In this document: positions 61,458 through 64,000 of the stretch, piece after piece | How positions within the stretch are numbered: position 1 is the first letter of the stretch | Layout: the number at the start of each line of letters is the position of its first letter | Source of the DNA: an uncultured bacterium | GTDB taxonomy: Bacteria > Verrucomicrobiota > Kiritimatiellia > CAIVKH01 | Direction: 5' to 3' | DNA: 64,000 bases | Assembly (NCBI GenBank): GCA_937958885.1 | Contig: CALGMT010000026.1 | Coordinates: 32,468-96,467, forward strand | Translations under genes and position numbers: made by a program | The notes under the pieces: model-generated | Database searches by the model: none | What the model was told of the DNA's origin: nothing | What the model saw: only the letters and a program-made list of their open reading frames with translations

Positions 61458-61874
61458 TCACGCGAACGACAATTGAAGCGCCAGCGCCGATTTTGCCGTC
61501 CACGCTACCGTACGAATCCAGTTGGTGTGGATGAGTCGGTTGATCGTCGCGTTATCCCAGCCCTGTGCCAACTGGTGATGGAGGGGGACCTGAATAGCGA
61601 AAGTGGAAAACCAAATGACGGCGAGGAGCGCAATCTGCATTCTTTGGCCATCTTGCGAAAGAATGAGCAGGGCAATGCCGGAAAAAAGTTCGGCAAGCAT
61701 CAAGGGCAAGACAATGAAACTGATTGAGCGCGTATGATGTCGGTGGTAGTCCAGCCATGCGGACTCATGAATTCGCCTGAAGGCCGGATAAACCAGCAAT
61801 TGTACTACCCAGATCACGCCGGTCATGGCGCACGCGCTGAATTGCTGAATGTGAATCAAATGTAGCGTCGTCAT
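61458..61874 (-). CDS. Small 4-TM hypothetical protein (DUF1772-like)
   Basis: GVIWVVQLLVYP, VLPLMLAEL, QVPLHHQL, NWIRTVAW. Confidence 0.75.
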   Translation of the reverse strand: MTTLHLIHIQQFSACAMTGVIWVVQLLVYPAFRRIHESAWLDYHRHHTRSISFIVLPLMLAELFSGIALLILSQDGQRMQIALLAVIWFSTFAIQVPLHHQLAQGWDNATINRLIHTNWIRTVAWTAKSALALQLSFA

Positions 61875-61970
61875 TGACAACCCGGCAAAAAGTCGTAGCG
61901 TACATCGTATCAGCCCAATAGTCTTAACTGATTTTTTTTACGTCAAATGGCGACATCTGTTGTCGGGAAT
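61874..61970 (+). promoter_or_regulatory. suf operon promoter and putative Rrf2 operator
   Basis: TTGACA at 61874-61879 with TAGCGT 16 bp later; operator AAATGGCGACATCTGTTGTCGGGAAT at 61945-61970. Confidence 0.6.
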
Positions 61971-61974
61971 TGAA

Positions 61975-62400
61975 ATGCTTACGCTGAGCAAACGAGTGGA
62001 ATATGCGCTGATGGCGATTCTGCACATGGCGGATTCGCCTTCGGGCGAGTGGTTGTCGTCGAAGGGCATCGCCGAGCGCTACTCGATTCCGTCCGAGCTG
62101 TTGGGCAAGGTGCTGCAATCTCTCGCGCGCGCTTCGATTGTCGCGTCCGCGCCGGGCGTCAACGGCGGCTATCGGTTGCAGACGCCAATCGGTCGCATCA
62201 ATCTGGGCATGGTGATCGAAGCGGTAGAGGGCCCCGTCGTTCTCGCGAATTGCCAGCAGGACCCGGACCGGTGCGATCAATTTCACGCGTGCTCGATCAA
62301 GGAGCCGATCAATCAATTGCGCACGCAATTGGTGCAGTACATCCATTCCATTTCGCTGGGGCAGTTTCGCGCGCCCCAACCGTTGGAGACATTGCGATGA
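61975..62400 (+). CDS. Rrf2-family transcriptional regulator with three Cys (IscR/SufR-like)
   Basis: EYAL, GVNGGYRL, IEAVEG, C-x6-C-x5-C. Confidence 0.92.
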   Translation: MLTLSKRVEYALMAILHMADSPSGEWLSSKGIAERYSIPSELLGKVLQSLARASIVASAPGVNGGYRLQTPIGRINLGMVIEAVEGPVVLANCQQDPDRCDQFHACSIKEPINQLRTQLVQYIHSISLGQFRAPQPLETLR

Positions 62401-62756
62401 GTGATCAACCGGAACAAGCATCGTCCACGCCTGCGACGCCGGAGCCTGCACTGGTTTGGACCCCCGACCAGGTACGCGAGGTCTTGCGCGGGGTCTTCGA
62501 CCCCGAGCTGCACATGAACATTGTCGATCTTGGGCTGGTTTACGACGTGCGAATTCCCGGCGAGGTTGTCGAGGTCGATATGACGCTGACGTCGCCCGGC
62601 TGTCCGTACGGACCCTATTTGATCCATCAGGTGAAAGATACATTGCAGAGCCTGAAAGGCATACGGGACGCCAAGGTCACGGTGGTATGGGAGCCGCCTT
62701 GGGGTCCGGACAAGATGACGGAAGAAGCGCGGCTGGAACTGGGATTCGATTTGTAA
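62397..62756 (+). CDS. DUF59/SufT-like Fe-S maturation protein
   Basis: DPELHMNIVDLGLVY, MTLTSPGCP, WEPPW. Confidence 0.9.
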   Translation: MSDQPEQASSTPATPEPALVWTPDQVREVLRGVFDPELHMNIVDLGLVYDVRIPGEVVEVDMTLTSPGCPYGPYLIHQVKDTLQSLKGIRDAKVTVVWEPPWGPDKMTEEARLELGFDL

Positions 62757-62788
62757 TCGGATGCGAGGTTTTTCGATAGGAGCGAACC

Positions 62789-63562
62789 ATGAGTGAGCAA
62801 ACGCCATTTTTTGAAATCCGAAATTTGCATGCGAGCACGGAAGACAAGCCCATCTTGAAGGGCGTGGACCTGACGATTCAGCCCGGCGAGACGCACGCGC
62901 TGATGGGGCCGAACGGGTCCGGCAAAAGCACGCTTTCCAACGTGATCATGGGCCATCCGGCTTACGAGGTGACGGCCGGTGAAATTTTGTTCCGCGGCCA
63001 GAACATTCTCGAATTGGAACCGGACGAGCGCGCCCGACTGGGCCTCTTCCTCGCGTTCCAGTACCCGGTTGCGATCCCCGGCATCACCGTGGCGAAGTTT
63101 TTGAAGAGCGCGGCCGACGCGCGGTTCGGCCAAGGCGCGGTCAAGCCTTCGGACTTCATCAAGCGAATGCGCGAAAACCTGGCTTTCCTTGAAATGAGCG
63201 AGCAGTTCCTCAACCGGTTTCTCAATGACGGATTTTCAGGCGGCGAGAAGAAGCGGATGGAAATCCTCCAGATGCTCACGCTCAAACCGTCTCTCGCGGT
63301 GATGGACGAAACGGATTCCGGCCTCGACATCGACGCGCTGCGTATCGTTTCGAAAGGCGTGAATCGTTTAGTCGGCCCCGAGTTCGGTTTGCTGGTCATC
63401 ACGCACTACGAGCGGATTTTGAACTACATCAAGCCGGATCACCTGCACGTGTTGATCGACGGACGGATCGCGATGTCCGGCGGACCGGAGCTGGTCAAGG
63501 AAGTCGAGAAGAACGGCTACGACTGGATCCGCGAGCGATTCGGAAAGGAAGTGCTGGTCTAA
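62789..63562 (+). CDS. sufC: Fe-S assembly ATPase SufC
   Basis: GPNGSGKST, AFQYPVAIPG, FSGGEKKR, DETDSGLD, ITHY. Confidence 0.97.
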   Translation: MSEQTPFFEIRNLHASTEDKPILKGVDLTIQPGETHALMGPNGSGKSTLSNVIMGHPAYEVTAGEILFRGQNILELEPDERARLGLFLAFQYPVAIPGITVAKFLKSAADARFGQGAVKPSDFIKRMRENLAFLEMSEQFLNRFLNDGFSGGEKKRMEILQMLTLKPSLAVMDETDSGLDIDALRIVSKGVNRLVGPEFGLLVITHYERILNYIKPDHLHVLIDGRIAMSGGPELVKEVEKNGYDWIRERFGKEVLV

Positions 63563-63587
63563 AGATACTGCACTGGAAAGGTCCACC

Positions 63588-64000
63588 ATGAACCAGACCG
63601 AAACCACCCACAAACTCGAAACGGACAGCAAGCTGGTGCGCGAGTACCAGTATGGTTTTGTCACCGACGTTGATACGGACGAGCTGCCGAAGGGGCTGAA
63701 CGAAGACATCATCCGCGCGATCTCGCAAAAGAAGAACGAACCCGTATGGATGACCGAGTGGCGCCTCAAGTCATTTCGTCGCTGGCAGACCATGCGCGAG
63801 CCGCGCTGGGCAAAGGTGACGTATCCAGAGATCGACTATCAGGACATCCGCTACTACTCGGCCCCCAAATCCGCCTCGTCCGGCGCGGCCCAAGCGGACC
63901 CGGAGCTGCTCAAGACCTTCGAGCGGCTCGGCATCCCTCTATATGAGCGCGATCGATTGGCGGGCGTCGCGGTGGACGCCGTGTTCGACAGCGTGTCCGT
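63588..64000 (+). CDS. sufB: Fe-S scaffold SufB, partial (runs off the window)
   Basis: EYQYGFVTD, KGLNEDII..IS.KKNEP.WM..WRL, IDYQDIRYYSAP, VAVDAVFDSVS. Confidence 0.95.
   Translation, partial: MNQTETTHKLETDSKLVREYQYGFVTDVDTDELPKGLNEDIIRAISQKKNEPVWMTEWRLKSFRRWQTMREPRWAKVTYPEIDYQDIRYYSAPKSASSGAAQADPELLKTFERLGIPLYERDRLAGVAVDAVFDSVS

Noticed and set aside
61580..61596. Short match to the REP copy at 50363-50378 (GGAGGGGACCTGAATA)
   Set aside because: Lies inside conserved codons (IQVPLH) of a CDS; probably chance

Overview
GC-rich bacterial chromosome segment. A PVC-superphylum origin (Kiritimatiellota/Verrucomicrobiota-like) is inferred from the H-X9-DG prepilin, a PVC-type C-terminal domain on a secreted protein and the pilB-pilT-pilB-pilC arrangement; this is not proven. 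Contents in order: the 3' part of an alternative complex III operon followed by SCO, an A2-type caa3 oxidase (coxBACD) and ctaB; a peptide ABC module lacking permeases; lptD; a type IV pilus motor cluster; zwf; rubredoxin; udp-thyA-folA; a four-gene putative copper-responsive operon; a 1478-aa modular GH13 amylase with LacI-type operators; a minus-strand housekeeping block (SSS symporter, two EEP proteins, PIN-PhoH, corA, crcB, UDP-sugar dehydrogenase, iscA); pduO-murB; an HCF101-like Mrp protein; and the start of an Rrf2-led suf operon. No rRNA, tRNA, CRISPR array or transposase was recognised. The best candidate novel system is at 33618-37076. A CxxC/poly-Pro leader gene (CruR/CutF-like) has Leu-Pro-Pro codons perfectly complementary to the next gene's Shine-Dalgarno region. 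It is followed by a Met/His-rich secreted protein, an H-X9-DG pilin and a heme-copper-oxidase subunit I homolog that keeps only the low-spin heme ligands. Other notable signals: a dispersed TTCCA-N5-TGTAA motif in 31-bp-phased arrays, a two-copy ~280-bp structured element, an operator shared by iscA and the suf operon, and a 4-bp-duplication frameshift in a DUF5684-like gene. All family assignments come from motif recognition by eye, not database searches.
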